From Phoronis australis (Eukaryota > Animalia > Phoronida), in the NCBI GenBank assembly GCA_002633005.1, contig NMRA01000104.1, positions 206,070 to 270,069 on the forward strand: a stretch of DNA of 64,000 nucleotides, read 5' to 3'. Below, one piece after another: positions 25,401 to 40,400 of this stretch; positions within the stretch are counted from its first letter, which is position 1; each line of letters starts with the position of its first letter. The position numbers were made by a program, and so were the translations under genes. The notes below the pieces were generated by a model. That model made no database searches. It worked only from the letters and a program-made list of their open reading frames with translations, and was not told the DNA's origin.

Positions 25401-28400
25401 TAGCTATGTGTCGTCAGCTGAGATCTGGAAACCCTTGCAGAAGTGCTTTGTAAGTTTGACTTAGTTGGCAAAATTACTGTACTCGTTCAAGCCCACAGTT
25501 TTTCTAATTGCTTAGTGTATAGATATAGCTCCACTTTGAGGTGAATGGGTCTAATTGCTTAGTGTATGGTTGATCGCGATTTGCTCGTGGTCAGAATGTT
25601 ATTATGGATCTCTTCAACTTACGTGTTATGTTGCTTTACTGTCCAGACTACTCAAAAGTCCAGATGGCCGGCCGGCGTTTCTTAGTGAACGGGACTTCAT
25701 GTATCATCGAGATATGATGGACAGACTCATCAATATTATGGCTGTTGTCGGTTTCACCAGAGATGTAAGTAGTCTCTGCTTCCTGTGGCACTTGTCAGTC
25801 TTCAACTGATGTCTTTCAGTAAAACCTTTTTGTCAGATAGATCTGTAGTCACGGTAATTCTTACCTCACAGAATTAGAATAAACAAGGAAGTGAAATACC
25901 TCATGTTCACTAGACCACACTGGTAGACCTTGAGTAACAACTCGTGTTTCACTAAACCACACTGGTAGACCTTGAGTAAGAACTCGTGTTTCACTAGACC
26001 ACACTGGTAGACCATGAACAAGATCTCTTGCTCCACTGAACCACAGTCAGTAGATCTTAAATACAGGTTCATGCTCATGGAAAATACACTACAAGTAAGT
26101 CTGTAATCATTATCATGACAATGATCAGTATGAGCATGGATTAGTAATTATTGTATTGTCTATCTATTAAACACAGCTATATCATATTTGTAATCAGTTT
26201 TTTTCTTCAAGAAAGGTCGCTGCCTTATTTGTTCGTGATTATTGAATTGTTGTAGGAAACCAACATGATATTTGCTCTGCTTGCCTGTGTTCTGCACATT
26301 GGAGACATCTCATTTGAATATGATAATGATACTGATGGCGTCTACATCGTCAATGAACATGTGCTGGATATTGGTAACGTTTACTTACTGGATTATATGT
26401 TTAAATTAAATATCACTGTTTTTGCTAAATGTTTTCATGTCTTCTTAAAACTTGTCATTTACAGAATGTACATAGTTCATGAAGAAAATAACGTGTCATG
26501 ATTCTCTTATCAGTTTACTTGGGCAATCTCTACTTATTAAACTGTAAAGGTCTCCTTTAAGCCATCAATACACAGGCTACGATTGTATTTAGCTTGGACA
26601 ACAAATGTTAACTTAAGTAACTTTGTACTTCTAGATGTTTGTTATCATCTTATCTACTAGTTGATTAATGAATTTCCCATAGATGTCACTTATGATGTCT
26701 GAATAGATTTAGAGCTGAAAGCAGTTGATCAGCGTGGGGGCGTTCATGAGATAAGGGACCCACGTGATTACCTAATGAAGGGACCCACGTGACTAACTGA
26801 ATGCAGGGAAGGTCCCTTGTTTTACTTGTGCCCCGTAATGAGTTTCCAGTAGTAGTATAGTACTTGCCACCTCCGTGTCTATTATTAAAACCCTTGGTGA
26901 AGATGGCCTCCTTGGTGCCTCTTTTGAACAAGTTCTTGTCCCAACCCAAAGTTTCAACATTCATAATCGAACTTGTGATCATTTGCTTGCAAGTGTCTGT
27001 TCACTGCCAATGAGATACCTTCCCCCACATTCCTTCTGTGTTACTGCTTCTGTGGTGGTTGTGGAATTACCTCCATATACTCCCCCTTTATCATCCAAAC
27101 CACTAAGGATCATTCTTGTGAAATTTCATAGATGTGTTCACGTTGAGATGAGCACGGATTGATCTGCTGTTTTGAGTTGTCCTAAGTTTGAAACAGCTCT
27201 GTACTTTCGATATATATTGGATTGTGCTTATATGGGTGAAAAATGGGCTTCAGATTGGTTGTCACGGTTACGCAATTTTGTTGGGTATATTTATGTTTTT
27301 TTAATATTAATTGCTTTCTGTATTTTTGTATTTTCAGTATCTGAACTGTTGGATGTAAGGCCGGAATCTCTTGCTACTGTTATGATATGCAATATAAACA
27401 TTTTGAGAGGTAATTTGTCCTTATTAGAACATTAACCTAGTTTTTTATTTGGAACAATTTTTGATTTTCTCTTCCAACAATGTGTCAGCCACAAGTGTCA
27501 CAATCACATTTTCTTGTGACCTATTGATAGTTTGTCTATCTTTTGTACTTCTGTTTACATCGGATTGTTTTGTAACCTCTACTTTTGAAGTTGACAAGGA
27601 ATTCTTGATTTTCCAAGTTAGTTTACTTTTAACATTAACTCCTTGGTTGGTGTTATGTGAAATTCCCCTGTCTAGTGCAGAATGCCAGTTGCCTGTGGCT
27701 CAGTGGTAATGCCACATGGTGTGTTTAGCTTCAATCAGACAGGATGTTACAGCTAAAGGTAATTCTGAGCGGAGTAGTAGTTTTGTTATAACAAAGTATT
27801 GGGTATGTCATTGATAGGTGAAAGGATTGTGACTCTCAAGAATGTTCATCAAGCCAAAGATGGTCGGGACGCGCTTGCTAAAGCCCTGTATGCTCGACTG
27901 TTTGGCTGGATAGTTCACACCATCAATAAGATGCTGTTCCCTAGCATGCGGTAAGTGTACTCACTTGAACTCGTTTGTAATCTCAAGACCAGTGTAACAA
28001 AACATGAGTCAATGTTTCTTTTAACTATGAAGCACAATACTGGGTTAATGTCACATGACTAAAAGATGCCCATCAAGAACCTCCCAGTAAAGAACTTGAA
28101 GCAGTTGCTAACCTTTGTGGGCATTTTTTTCAAATGTATTCACATTTTCCATTTTTATCCTGTATTTCTTTAAATTTGTGTGCCAAATTGGTGAGATGCT
28201 TGAGGCGACTTCTATTCAACATGGTAGATTTTTTGACAACCAGTCTAAAGTCTTTTTGACACTTTTAACTATTTTGAACATCAATTCATCACCGAGGGAA
28301 TCACGTCTCTATCAGATTAATTTTTTATTTTCCCTTGAACTATGGACATAACGAACAATAGTGTGTTGATGAAACATAAAAGGACCTCTCAAAGGTTGAT

Positions 28401-31400
28401 AATTTTCTTCACGTTTTACTACGGTAGATGCATATTTAGGCCCATGTTTCAATATGCAAAACAGCACCTGCGTCTGTGTATAGCCCAGTAACAAAATTTT
28501 GAAACGACATGGCAGTGAAACTTGATTTATCCATTACAAAACATTTATCTATATCCAATTTAACCTTAACAGTTTTTGAAATGAAAAGTGCTAAAAATGC
28601 ACAAATGACCCAAAAATCCAATTTAATATTATGTGAACATAAACATGGAAAACCCAACTACTCTCGGATACATGAAACTTGGGCACTTATGAAACTCAAA
28701 TACAAAAAATTGTCATTGGACAAATACTCTATTTCGGATACACGCCCATGGGCCTAAGTATACACATCTATATAATTATTTAAGGTTATGTAGGACCCTA
28801 TAAAAATTTCAAATTTGGCCAACTTCACTACATCAGATCTCAGAAATGACCTATTAGATTCAGATGAAACTTTCTGGTACTATGGTCTTGCTGCACTGGT
28901 CTCCAAAACGGTATTTGCAATTATTGTTTTTGAAATGTTCCACTTTGACATGAGAGGTTATCGAAATATAGGACTGTCGTGATTTTCATCAGAAAACTAA
29001 AAAATTACCTGAAATGAAAACGAAATGACAATTTAAAAAAATTAACAGCATTTTGTAGATTTAATCTCGAGCATTTATATTTCAAAAAAAATTTGGTCAA
29101 TAATTTTCTGGCTCCTGTTTTTGATACCATAGTTTTCTAGTTTTCCTATTAATGTTTTTTTCATTGTAAATTTTACTACAGACATGGTCACGTGACAGAT
29201 TCATGAAATAAAAATTCAAATTTTGCTGGCTTTTTAGTGTCAGAGGATGCAAAATTTTACTGACAGTTAAATTCGTTTTGTACATATTTGACTAAATACA
29301 CAAACTTGTCAATAAGGTCCTACGTAACCTTTATTGTTTAATCATTCGCATGTTTACCAACTTCTACCATTTATCTTCGTCTCATCGTAGTGGTGACATT
29401 TTTGTGAACATCTTGTTGTGGAAAATCAGCTGCTGCACAGTTGTATGTTGCGGTTGATTATTTAACAAGCATTCGTTTGTTTGATTGTTTGCATTTGTCA
29501 GATTTCGAGATGGTTGTGTTGGAATACTGGACATAGCTGGCTTTGAGAACTTCCAGCACAACAGCTTTGAACAGATGTGCATTAACGTGACCAACGAACA
29601 GTTACAGTTCTTTTTCAACCAACACATCTTTGCTTGGGAGATGGAGGAATACAACAGAGAGGGCATTAAAGGGACACATGTGGGCTTTGAGAACAACAGA
29701 CCTCTGTTGGATATGTTCCTTGATGTAAGAGTGCAACTGTCTTCTGGTTGAATGTACTGTTGGTATACACCGCATTCTCGCAGTGACCTTTCTCTTTTAA
29801 GGTTTTAAAAACAATGCATTTTGCGCTTAAATACAGCGCAAAGCGTGATTTTTTCCGCGTACCTCATTATATTCTTGTCTCAAACCTAAAAAGAGGCTCA
29901 CTACTAAAATGGCGACTGTGTGAATAAGGCTTATATGGCGTGGCTTTTAAGCCGTTTTTATGTGCTTACATACAGTACAAAACTGTTTCAAAATGACATG
30001 GAATTCCCTGTCATGACGGCTGTGCAGAAGCTGAATTCATTGTCAGAGTTGTCTCCCTTTATGACTGAGAAAGAAGGGGAATTAACAGGAAAGTTAGAAT
30101 AAGCCATTATGTGATTAGACTTTGCCTCCCTAATAATTATTATTAGTGGTTTTTGATGTTAACAAAATTCATGGTCATGACAGGAGAAGGGTATTTTGTG
30201 TGATTACTTTTGTCCTGTACTGTGTTATACATTGTGTGGGTGCAAATTACTGTCATCTCTGTCTGGGCGTCTGGCGTCCACTGTTAACTCTTTTTAGGAT
30301 CTTAATGAGATATAGCTGTCAATGTGTTCCTATGAAGCTGATGACAGATGACCACTGATTTCAGACCGATCCAGCTACTGCTGTGCCCCCTTGTGGCAAT
30401 TGCCTCAGTATCTTTAGAGTTTCTTAATGTATTTTCATGAAATTTAGCAAATAGGAGTCAACTGCCTTCCTTTTTTCGGATGGATTTGATGTACTCTGCG
30501 CCACATAGTGGACAGTCCGTTTTTGCTGTTTATTGTGAAATTTTGTGAGTGTTCTATTAATTTGATGTCGGCATCCCAAGACATTTGGAGGCCTCTCACT
30601 ACTGCTGTGCCCCTAGTAGCAAGTTTAGTTTTTATGTTTTACCTCTATCATCAGACTTCCGTGTGGTTTTTCAGGAAATTTGACAAACCAGTTTCAATTA
30701 TGAAGACAGCAGCACCATCCAATTTTGGGATGGATTTGATGTGTTCTGCCCCACCTATTAGCCACGTTATTTGCGAGTCGTTTATCACTGTATACAGCAA
30801 ACTGATCACTGTGTCATTATGAAAATTACCAGATGTATTCCTACTGACAAGAGCTCAACTGGCATGGATTTTCAGACGAGTCCAACTACTGTGGTGCCCC
30901 CTTGTGACATTTTTTTGCATCTGCGGCTTGGCTGTATCTCTTTAACCCCCTTTGCAAGCTTGACAAGTTTATTCCTAATAACTTGACTACAGATGGACAG
31001 ATCGCACTATCAGTTTTCCTCCTAATGTTTTATCCATGTTTGCCTCTGTAATCTTTGAAGTTCCTTGACGGATTGTCATGAAATTTGGCAAATAATTTTA
31101 TATTTGGGAGATGACAACCTTTTCCCATTTTTGGACAGGTTTGTTGTATTCTGCGCCATCTAATGATCATTGTTCTGGTACTAATAAGCCAACCTAGAAG
31201 CGTATTGTTAGCGGTGCAGTCGTGGGTGCATTTCAGCGTTCCGTATTCCTCTTGTTACATGTTTTCCATGTCCATATTAAGCAGTTGGTGATATCCATCT
31301 TATTCTACACTTTGACTGTTCTACCTTAGTGCTGGTTACAAGGCTTGGAAATTTCCGTGCAAACGCGGATTTCCGCTTTTTTCAAATGTTGTGTCCGCGT

Positions 31401-34400
31401 ATTTTATTATATTTCCGTGTAAAAAAAATCGGATTTGATATAAAATTTCTGCGGCAGATTCCTTTCTTACCGCTGCGTTGCCGATGACTTTCACCTCGAA
31501 AAGCGGAAGTTGCTCTTTATGTTTCGGAGGAACGTAAATTGTCAACATTGCCGGGGCATCTGGGATAGCGTGGTTAATTTTTCAATAGTGTCTCGTGTTA
31601 TTGTAAAACCACGGGAGGGCGGGCGAGCTGACTCATGGTTGTGGAGGTGGTACCGTTTTTTTAGTCCTCCCGATTTTTTGTCGGCAAAAAAGGTCCACAC
31701 CGGCTATTCCGAGGGCCGGGAAGCGCGCATGTTTTGGGCCGTAAAAGTTTCCGCGTTTTTCGTCATTGGTCATTCCAAGCCCTGTGGTTAACATAGGACA
31801 TGTGTTAGTAAACACTCAACATGTGTTGAGTTGTCTCATAGAATGTATGTTTAGGATAGTTTTTAGTCTCTGACACTTTCTTCTTTGTGTTTTTGTTGTC
31901 CAACTCTTGTCCTTGGTCATGTTTTATGGTATTCCCTATTACAGAAACCAGTGGGTCTGTTCTCCTTGTTGGATGAGGAGAGTAAGTTCCCTAGAGCCAC
32001 AGACGCCTCACTTTTGGAGAAACTCAAGAAACAGTTAGTCAAGAACCAGTGTTTTATTAAAGGCAAAGGGAAGGATCCTGTCTTTGCAATAAAACACTAT
32101 GCTGGCCATGTAAGTATCCAGCAAACATGTTTATGTCTGGTCAGCATGCCAACAGATGGCGTGCTGACCAGACATAAAAATGTTTGATATCCAATTGTAT
32201 TATATCGTAGCATTCATGAATTCCTAGAAATGGCTGATATTAATTCATATTATAAAAGCCGTGTATGATAAATTGTGAGGAATCAAAATTGACTGTGTAG
32301 TGTATCTTGGTGTTCAGTATAAGCCTGATGTAATAGTCTTCATACTTTTAGTTGTTATGTCTTATTTAGTTGATGACTGTTCACGCTCTGTGGCTGATTC
32401 AGAATTAGACAAACTGTATACACCACCTGTAACATGGGCAGCTTGCAATGTTTAACTTAAATGAGCATGGCATATTTATAGAATGGTCCCCCTCTACTCG
32501 TAATAGTGTATCTTTTGAATGTTTTAAAAGTGCTTTAAAATATCAGACAAAGTGCTAAACTTAAGTTTGCAATTACTTTCCACAGCTATTAACTCTTGTC
32601 AATTGTATTCCCTGTGAACATTTTTAACATGATGTTGGTAATGGCTGTTTGTGTGTGGAAGTTTGGCTTTGTGTTGTAAGAAGTTTGTTTTTGTGTTGTA
32701 GAAAGTTTGGCCTTGTGTTGTAGGTGGTATATGACTGTAGAAGGTTTTTAGAAAAAAATCGCGATACATTGAGCGTCAATATAGTTGACTGCATGAAGGA
32801 TAGCGATAGTCAAATTGTGAGTGATCTGTTCACAGCCAAAGTTGGTGACACCGGAACACTTGAACTGAAGTAAGTAATGTTATATGATCGTGTTAATAGT
32901 TGCCGTAGTAAGGTAGTCTGTGTTGGCTTTGTACTATGGTTTGTGACCGATAAAGCTGTGTTGTAAAAGTATGCTTGGCTGTGATAGCAAGGGATTTTGT
33001 TTTTGTGTTTGAATCCTTATACCCGTGTATTGTTGTTTGTGCTTACTGGATTGTGTGTGTTTGTTTATGCGAAATTATCTAGTATCAGTAGTTGTGTGAT
33101 CAGGTGCCAGTGTCATGTTAAGTTGCAATCCAGCTGTTGATGCTGATTTTCTTGGTTTGTGCCTGCTTTTAGTCCAAATGCTCCATCTAGAAGCAAGAAG
33201 TCCATATTGCAATGTAAAGACCCCAATAGAAGAACAGAGAGTCTGTCACGAAAGACTGGCAAGAAGATGAAAGAACGGTTAGTGGTTATCTCCAAATATA
33301 TGTGTGTGCAGTGGGTATCCTTATTGCAACCATTGAAGGACTCGGTAATGAGTGACAGTGTTCTTTTATCTGATGTTTATGTTGCCAGCATATAGTAAAA
33401 ATTGACAGACAAAATGACCCAGAATTCCGTGTCGTGATGGCTGTGGGCACATGGAATTCCGTAGCTAGCTGTTATGGTGTCTGAGTAAAAATGAAATTCG
33501 CCATCAGGGTCATGACTGGTTATTACCCTTCATGATGGGGAAACATTATTTTGTCTGATTATTTTTGCCATGCTTTGAATTTCAAAACCTGTGTTTCATT
33601 TGTTAGTTATTTGTCATTTAACACAGGACTGTTGTTTTATTTTCAAATATCTAAATCAGTACCAAACTGATGACTATTATTAAGAGTGCTCCTGCGCAAA
33701 GATTCAGACTACCATCACCATGTACTAATTTTCTGTTGTATATTTCAGGGCCAAAAACCAAGCTGCAGCCGACGCTCTTGCATCCCAGTCCCTAACAGCA
33801 GGCAGTCAGTTCAGGGTATGACCTCTAGAATACTTCCACCTCCATGAGTAATTTGTCCCATAAGCTGTTGTACAGTTGTTGATTCAAGGTGATCTCATCA
33901 GTTTTGCTGTTCACATAATGTCACCCTTTATGTGTCATGCCCTGGTAAGACTGCAGTTTATTAATAACATCATCCAGAAAGTCTGACTCTCCAGGAAGTT
34001 TGCTATGTGACCTTCCAGTATAACCAACTTCACTAACACCTTTTTTCAAGTGTGATGTTCATTCTGTTGCAGTAAAGTTGTGTATAACCTTGTCCCAGAG
34101 ATCGTCAGGTATACCTATGCCTATAATAATTGATTTCAGAATTCCTTGACCGACCTTATGGACAAACTTCTGTCTGCCCAGCCCCAGTTTATTCGTTGCA
34201 TCAAACCAAACAATGTGAAGCGCCCTCAAACATTTGTGCCTGACATTGTTTTACTACAACTTCGCTACACGGGAGTTCTGGAGACCATTCGTATTCGTCG
34301 CCTAGGTTACCCTACCAGGTTACCTTTTTATGAGTTCATACGCAGGTGAGACTCCTAGAGGTTGAGGTTCTGTGTTTCATTATTGATCAGTGCATAGTAG

Positions 34401-37400
34401 ATACTTGTGCTAGCTGTTCGATTTCTGGTTCATGTTTTTGTACATCATATGAGCAGGTAATAAGTTCTCGTTTGCTTTGTTTTATATACTCATATTCGAT
34501 GTTACCTGTCTGGTTGCATAGCGACTGATTTCTGAAACTTCTGTCTTCTTCAGGTATAAATACATTGCATTTCCTCTGACTGCGCATCTGGATGCTGTTC
34601 CCTTAAACTGTTTCAAGATCATCTCAAAGGCCAAATTGCATGAGTGGGAGGTTGGCAAAAACAAGGTTAGGGCAATGAATGTATTTCTTCCTCGATTTCT
34701 TTCCTAATCATTGTTACAAATTCCGAGGAGACTTCCATGTATATGCGTCAAGTGTTATTCCTTCTGTGTCCCTAATTCCAAACAGCTTTCCTTCAAGAAT
34801 AAGAACTCTGCAGAATTCAGGTGGCACTGCGTCCTTTTACTCTAATGGTGTGTGTGTGCTTGCAGGTGTTCTTGAAATACTACCACACTGAACAGCTAGA
34901 CAATTTACTGGGCAGAATGGAAAAGCAAGTCACCACAGTCCAGAGATATGTCAGGGGCTATTTTGCCCGTAAGTACTTCAGACATCTGTGGCAAACTTCC
35001 TACAGACAGCGAGAGATGGTGAAGGGATTCAGTATGTGGATATCAGACGTGTCGGACAGTCTGTGTCATGCACAACACAGTCAGCGTAGGGCGGATAGTG
35101 AGAGGGTGAGTTGGATGTCATCTTATGTATACTGTCTTCATCAATTGCATTCACTGGCAGCTGTTATTATGCTCATTGGAAATTGTTTTTTCACACATGG
35201 AGAGTGACAGTGAAGTCTGATGAAATAAATAACTGAGCACTACTTCAACAGTCGCTTCATTGCCATGGCAATGAAGTTTTCTAAACAATTTGGTCAGTCC
35301 TGAATTACACGGCGGTAGAACTCTCCTTTGCCCGGAGTTAAGAAAGCGTTTGACTTGATTTGGAAATCAGGAACATTTTCGTGTCTCTCATTGTTGTCAA
35401 GAAGGCAAAGAATTTTAGATGAAGCATCCACAGGTATTTGCCCAGTTTATCAATTTAACTTTCTCCCGCCGGAGTAATACTTCATTGGCATTGGAAGGAC
35501 AAATAGAGTAATGCAACTGAGAAAAACTTGTAAAGAATCAAACAACAAATAACAATCATGCGAAACTGTAGTGGCACGAAAAAGATTCAGCAAATGTGCC
35601 TGACGGATGTTTATGTGTGTGGGTAAATACAGCGAGATTTGACTGTTGCTGCAGGAGGGGACTATTGGAAAACATTTTGCACAATGACTACTTGAATGTA
35701 ACAAAAGTTAACTCCCTCCATGACGTATTTAAGGGTTACTCTCCAGTAGATTTCACTAAATTGGTATTTTATCCTAACAATGGGTGCATTTATGACATCT
35801 GGGGTGAATTTAAGAAGAAGAAGAGGTGGCCACATTGAAGGTAGTTTGGGAAATTCTGGGTATGGCTGTGTGGATGTTACAATATCAGTTGAACAACTGG
35901 TTCTCTGTGAGATGAGAAAACACTTTAGTAACAACTGGCACTTTCAACACTACTGAGGTTTGATCTCAAATCAGCTGGGCACACACTTATAGAGTTGGGA
36001 AGACACTGCCCAAAAGCTTAAAATCACGTTCTTCATTTAACAAATTACATAACAGAGTGTTGAGTTGCTGTGCCTACATTTGCCTGATATAAATTGAATG
36101 GTGTCTGCATGGTTGCTACGGTAACAGGAAGACGAGCGTAAGAAGCAGGAATTGGAGATGAAACATTGGCAAGAGATCCAGCGACGGACACGTAGTGATG
36201 ATTACAACCGCATGCGTAATGAGCAGTACATCAGAGAACAGCAGCAACAGTGGAGACATGAAGGTCATGTGAAGGTCAGACATTGTGTGGATGTGTCAAA
36301 TAATCCATTTGCATTAAGTGTGTTTTGTGTATTTATTGCCCATGAGGCAGGGATGGAGAGAGGAAGAGAGAGAGTGAAAGAGAGAGGGAGGGAGGGCAAG
36401 AGGGAAAGAAGGAGGGAGGGACGGAGGGATGTAGGGATGGAGAGAGTGAGAAGAAAGCCGGAAATGGTCAGATATAGCGTGCCTGAATATTAAGAACCTA
36501 TTTTTTCCACTGAATAACTGGCATCGAACTGGTTCTCAAAATACGGACGTGTTATATCCGACTATTGCTAGAATGCCGATGGACAAACAGAAAGACAGGG
36601 TTTTAGCAGAGACTTGTTTAATTATCTGGGAGAAACAGAATAGGTGCAAGAGAACGTGCTTTTAGCAAAGACACTGAATGATGTAAAATGCATGTACAAC
36701 GATATTAACTGAATGTTATCTTAAGTGCTTTGGTTCAGTTATTTATGGCACTCACACTTACTAATAGTATATGCACTGTGGTAAACGTTACCTTATTCTT
36801 GTGTTGTGTTCTTTTCCTAGAGAAATATTAGTGAAGAAGTAACTATGATGCCAAATCAGAGGAGAACGCCTGTGTCACAGGTCATTGATGAGAGGTGGGT
36901 GAAGTGCTTGCATGTTGAAATGTGGTTTAATTAGTTTCTATGTAATTGTTTTTATTAAGCTCTACAAAGTGTCACTATTTTTATAGTTTTACACTTTAAA
37001 AGTTAACGACTCAAGCATTGTTCATAGTATTTCCATAATTGTGAAAAATGACCACCTATTTTTTGGGTGCCTTTTATTACACTATCTTGTTCAGATGTAT
37101 TTGACTGTTAGCATTGCCTAACACTGCATTCTATTGTATTATATTGTACTGTTGCAGGTACCAATATAATAGTCTACAATCTATCAAATCAGAAGTTAGT
37201 GAGTACAGTCACTATGCTCGCCAGTCTGTAGTGCAAGTTGTTCGACCTCCTGTGGACAAAATGACTTTTTATCAGGTTAGTCAGCATCCATTGTGAGTTA
37301 AGTCGCATAATTTTTGGTACTATTTGAGAACAAGCTTTGTACATGCTCAGCTGATAGATTTTTAAGACTCACAGCAAAACAGCAGAGTTTAGCTTAGCCA

Positions 37401-40400
37401 TTATGTTTTTGGGTAACCTTGTGCATCGAGGTTATGTAACACCTTATCGACTGGTCAGTGTGTTTTGCAAGGCTTGGAATTTTTCGTGGAAACGTGGATT
37501 TCCGCTTTTTTCAAATGTTCTGTCAGCGCATTTTATTATATTTCCGCTTAAAAAAAATCAGATTTGATATAAAATTTCCGCGGCAAAATCCTTTCTTACC
37601 GCAGCGTTGCCGACGACTTCCACCTCGAAAAGCGGAAGTTGCTCTTTATGTTTTGGAGGAACGTAAATTGTCAACATTGCCGGGGCATCTGGGATAGCGT
37701 GGTGGATTGTCAATGGCGTCCCGTGTGATTGTAAACCGCGGTGACAAATACTACGGCTCTGCAGCCAAAAATGTGTGAGGGTGGGAGTGGACAGACAAGC
37801 TAAAAAGACGCAGATGCATGCTACTGATGGTGGTAACATTTTTTCTTTTTTTTTTGGTCCTCCCGATTTTTGTCGGCGAAAGGTTCGCATCGACTATTTC
37901 AAGGCTGGGTAGCGCGCATGTTTTGGGCCGTAAAAGTTTCGGCGTTTTTTGTCATTGGTCATTCCAAGCCCTGGTTTTGAATGATGTTGCATTGTGTACA
38001 TTGGTGCAAACGAATAACGACCATGGAGGATCACATGGTTTTACGCATGGATGTGTCTTTAGCTTGATAGTAAACAACTGAGCTCATAGTAGTGTGACCC
38101 CTGTGAACCTGAATCGAGTAGTAGTTTGATTTGGACTCCAAATAACAATTTATGTAGGTTCCTGACCCTACATACGCGTACAATATAGCCTTTCGTATAC
38201 TTCACCTTTTGGTGGCTGATTGAATCCATCGCATGTTTGAACGTCAAAGTGATAGGACAATGCCCGTTATTATTTATGGAAATTCATCTCAAAGTCACTT
38301 TTGTACAGAAAGAATTATTATGATCAGTATTTTTAAGGTAGAAAGGTTAGAATTACCAAAATATAATGATCCCGTGATTAAAGGAAAATAGGAAATAGAT
38401 TGTCCAGGAGTTGATAGAGAAGAATTTTGTTAACTCAATTGATGTTATTCAGCACGATCACAGTCAGAAAATGTGATTTTCGTATTAGTGGTATGTAATG
38501 ATGTGCTACAGTTTGTGCACATTTCACACGTTGAGCTACATCACCACGTGTACAGTCATGTGATTTTGCCTGAAATTCTATGAAATGTAGACGAGCCAAT
38601 CAAAAGTAATGTGAGAAACAAGAGGTGAATGTTCCTTGAGAATTTTGAAAACGCTCACTCAGTCCTTGCATAAACAGTTTCTTTTCTTGTCATTGAATTG
38701 CTAAAACTTTATTTTGTGTAATACGTTCACTGCTTGTTAAACTAATTATACAGGCTCTGATTGATGAGTCGCTGGCTGAACAGAGAAAACTTCCACCGGA
38801 GTACTGGTGCAGAGTAGCATACATAGAGAGTTATACTGTTGTGGCCACCTTCAACATCCGATCACCAGAGTTTATTATTGATGGATCTATCACACCATTT
38901 GATGGTTACGTGTAAGTTATTTTGTATCACATATGTTTTTATTGTGCACTTTCTGTTCTTAAGTTCAACGTTCTTACATCTTGTTCTTTTTCACTCAGTT
39001 TTTTGACTGTCATCTGATATTAGTTTCATGATTTCAAGCTCAATTGTGTACAGAAATTGCATTTACCTTCGGCTGCCTTATAAAGTGCACTGAATTCTCC
39101 TCTCTTCAGAATTGGACTGAATTCTCTTCAAAATGCTCTGAGGGATGAAAAAACTAAGAGGATAATGGAGCACATAGGAAAGGTAACTAGTTTCTCTGTA
39201 TACAGGCAGTTGAAGCTAGAAGACAAGTTACAGAGCAAGCTCTGGACTACAGTTAGTGCATAGTTTAATTGTGTATATTTGGAATATTTAGTACTTGCTT
39301 CTTAAAAATTGTTTAGAAGAACTTCAATTCAATAAGAGGGCTTACTTACTAGGCAAATTTGTGTTTTCTGATTTGGAATGTTTTCCAGTTGGATTGCTTT
39401 GTATCGTATGCTACACAACGACAACAGTTACTACGACCTGTGATACAAGCAGTAACGACAACTACGTGATGTAGCCATGAAGATGATATCCGCTTATATT
39501 TTTCTGAAGCACCCAATATATTTGTGGTTTATTTCTCTCTCTGGAGGTTGTTTCAACAATCCAGTATTAACATTTAGCCACCCTTTATCGCCCTGGTTGC
39601 CAAAGAGTGGTGTGTATTTGTAGGGTGTATTGCTCAGACATGATCCGGAGGGTAATATCCAGGCAACACGGATTGGTAAGAACGACATTATAGTGAAGGG
39701 CTATCGAGACCCTGCTAAGAACAGTGTGTCTGCTGAGGTGGTGTTACAGATGGGTTATCTGAAGCAAGACGTTCCAACGAAGGTAACGAGCATTCTCTCA
39801 TTTTACTCACCGTCTTCTAAGTCTGCATCAAAAATGATTACAAGGGTCTGTTACATGGTGTGCCACATGTGCTCAGGTGAGCCCAGTGTACTGATCACTT
39901 AAAACTGAGCTGAGGAGTTGGCGGCCTGACTCAAGGGTCTCGCAGTGCCCCCCAGTGGGACTTGAACCCACTAGCTTGAGTAAAAGAAGTGGACACTTAT
40001 CCTATCAGGCCACACTGTCTGCATAATACAATCATTGCATTTGCTGTGGGGGATGTTTCATTGAAACATTGAGTAGTTTAACCGGTGTCTAGCAGTAGGT
40101 ACTGAAATAGCAACTAGTGTCCACTAATTTTAATGAAATGGTTAACATAAAGTTTAGCTCTTATTAGCTACAATACCAAAATATTTGTGTAGCTATAATG
40201 GACCAGACAATTACAGACTCTCATTCAACAAATCAGAACAACCCTGTGCATTTTTAACATGCTCATATTTGCACACTCTCATGCTGTTAGTGATAACACA
40301 TCCTTCAATACTTGGAGTTGTCTTGAGTCTTTCTCTGTTGGCTCTTAGTGCCGTCCAAACCAGCTGGCAACTTACTCTTAACAATCTTATTTCTAAAATC

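Noticed and set aside
25866-26078. ORF with repeated [12 protein letters not shown] peptide
   Set aside because: It is a translation of the 42-bp minisatellite on the antisense strand of a myosin intron.
31336-31815. Similar ORFs here and at 37458-38081 ([19 protein letters not shown]...)
   Set aside because: They are chance translations of the two MITE copies, with no transposase motifs.
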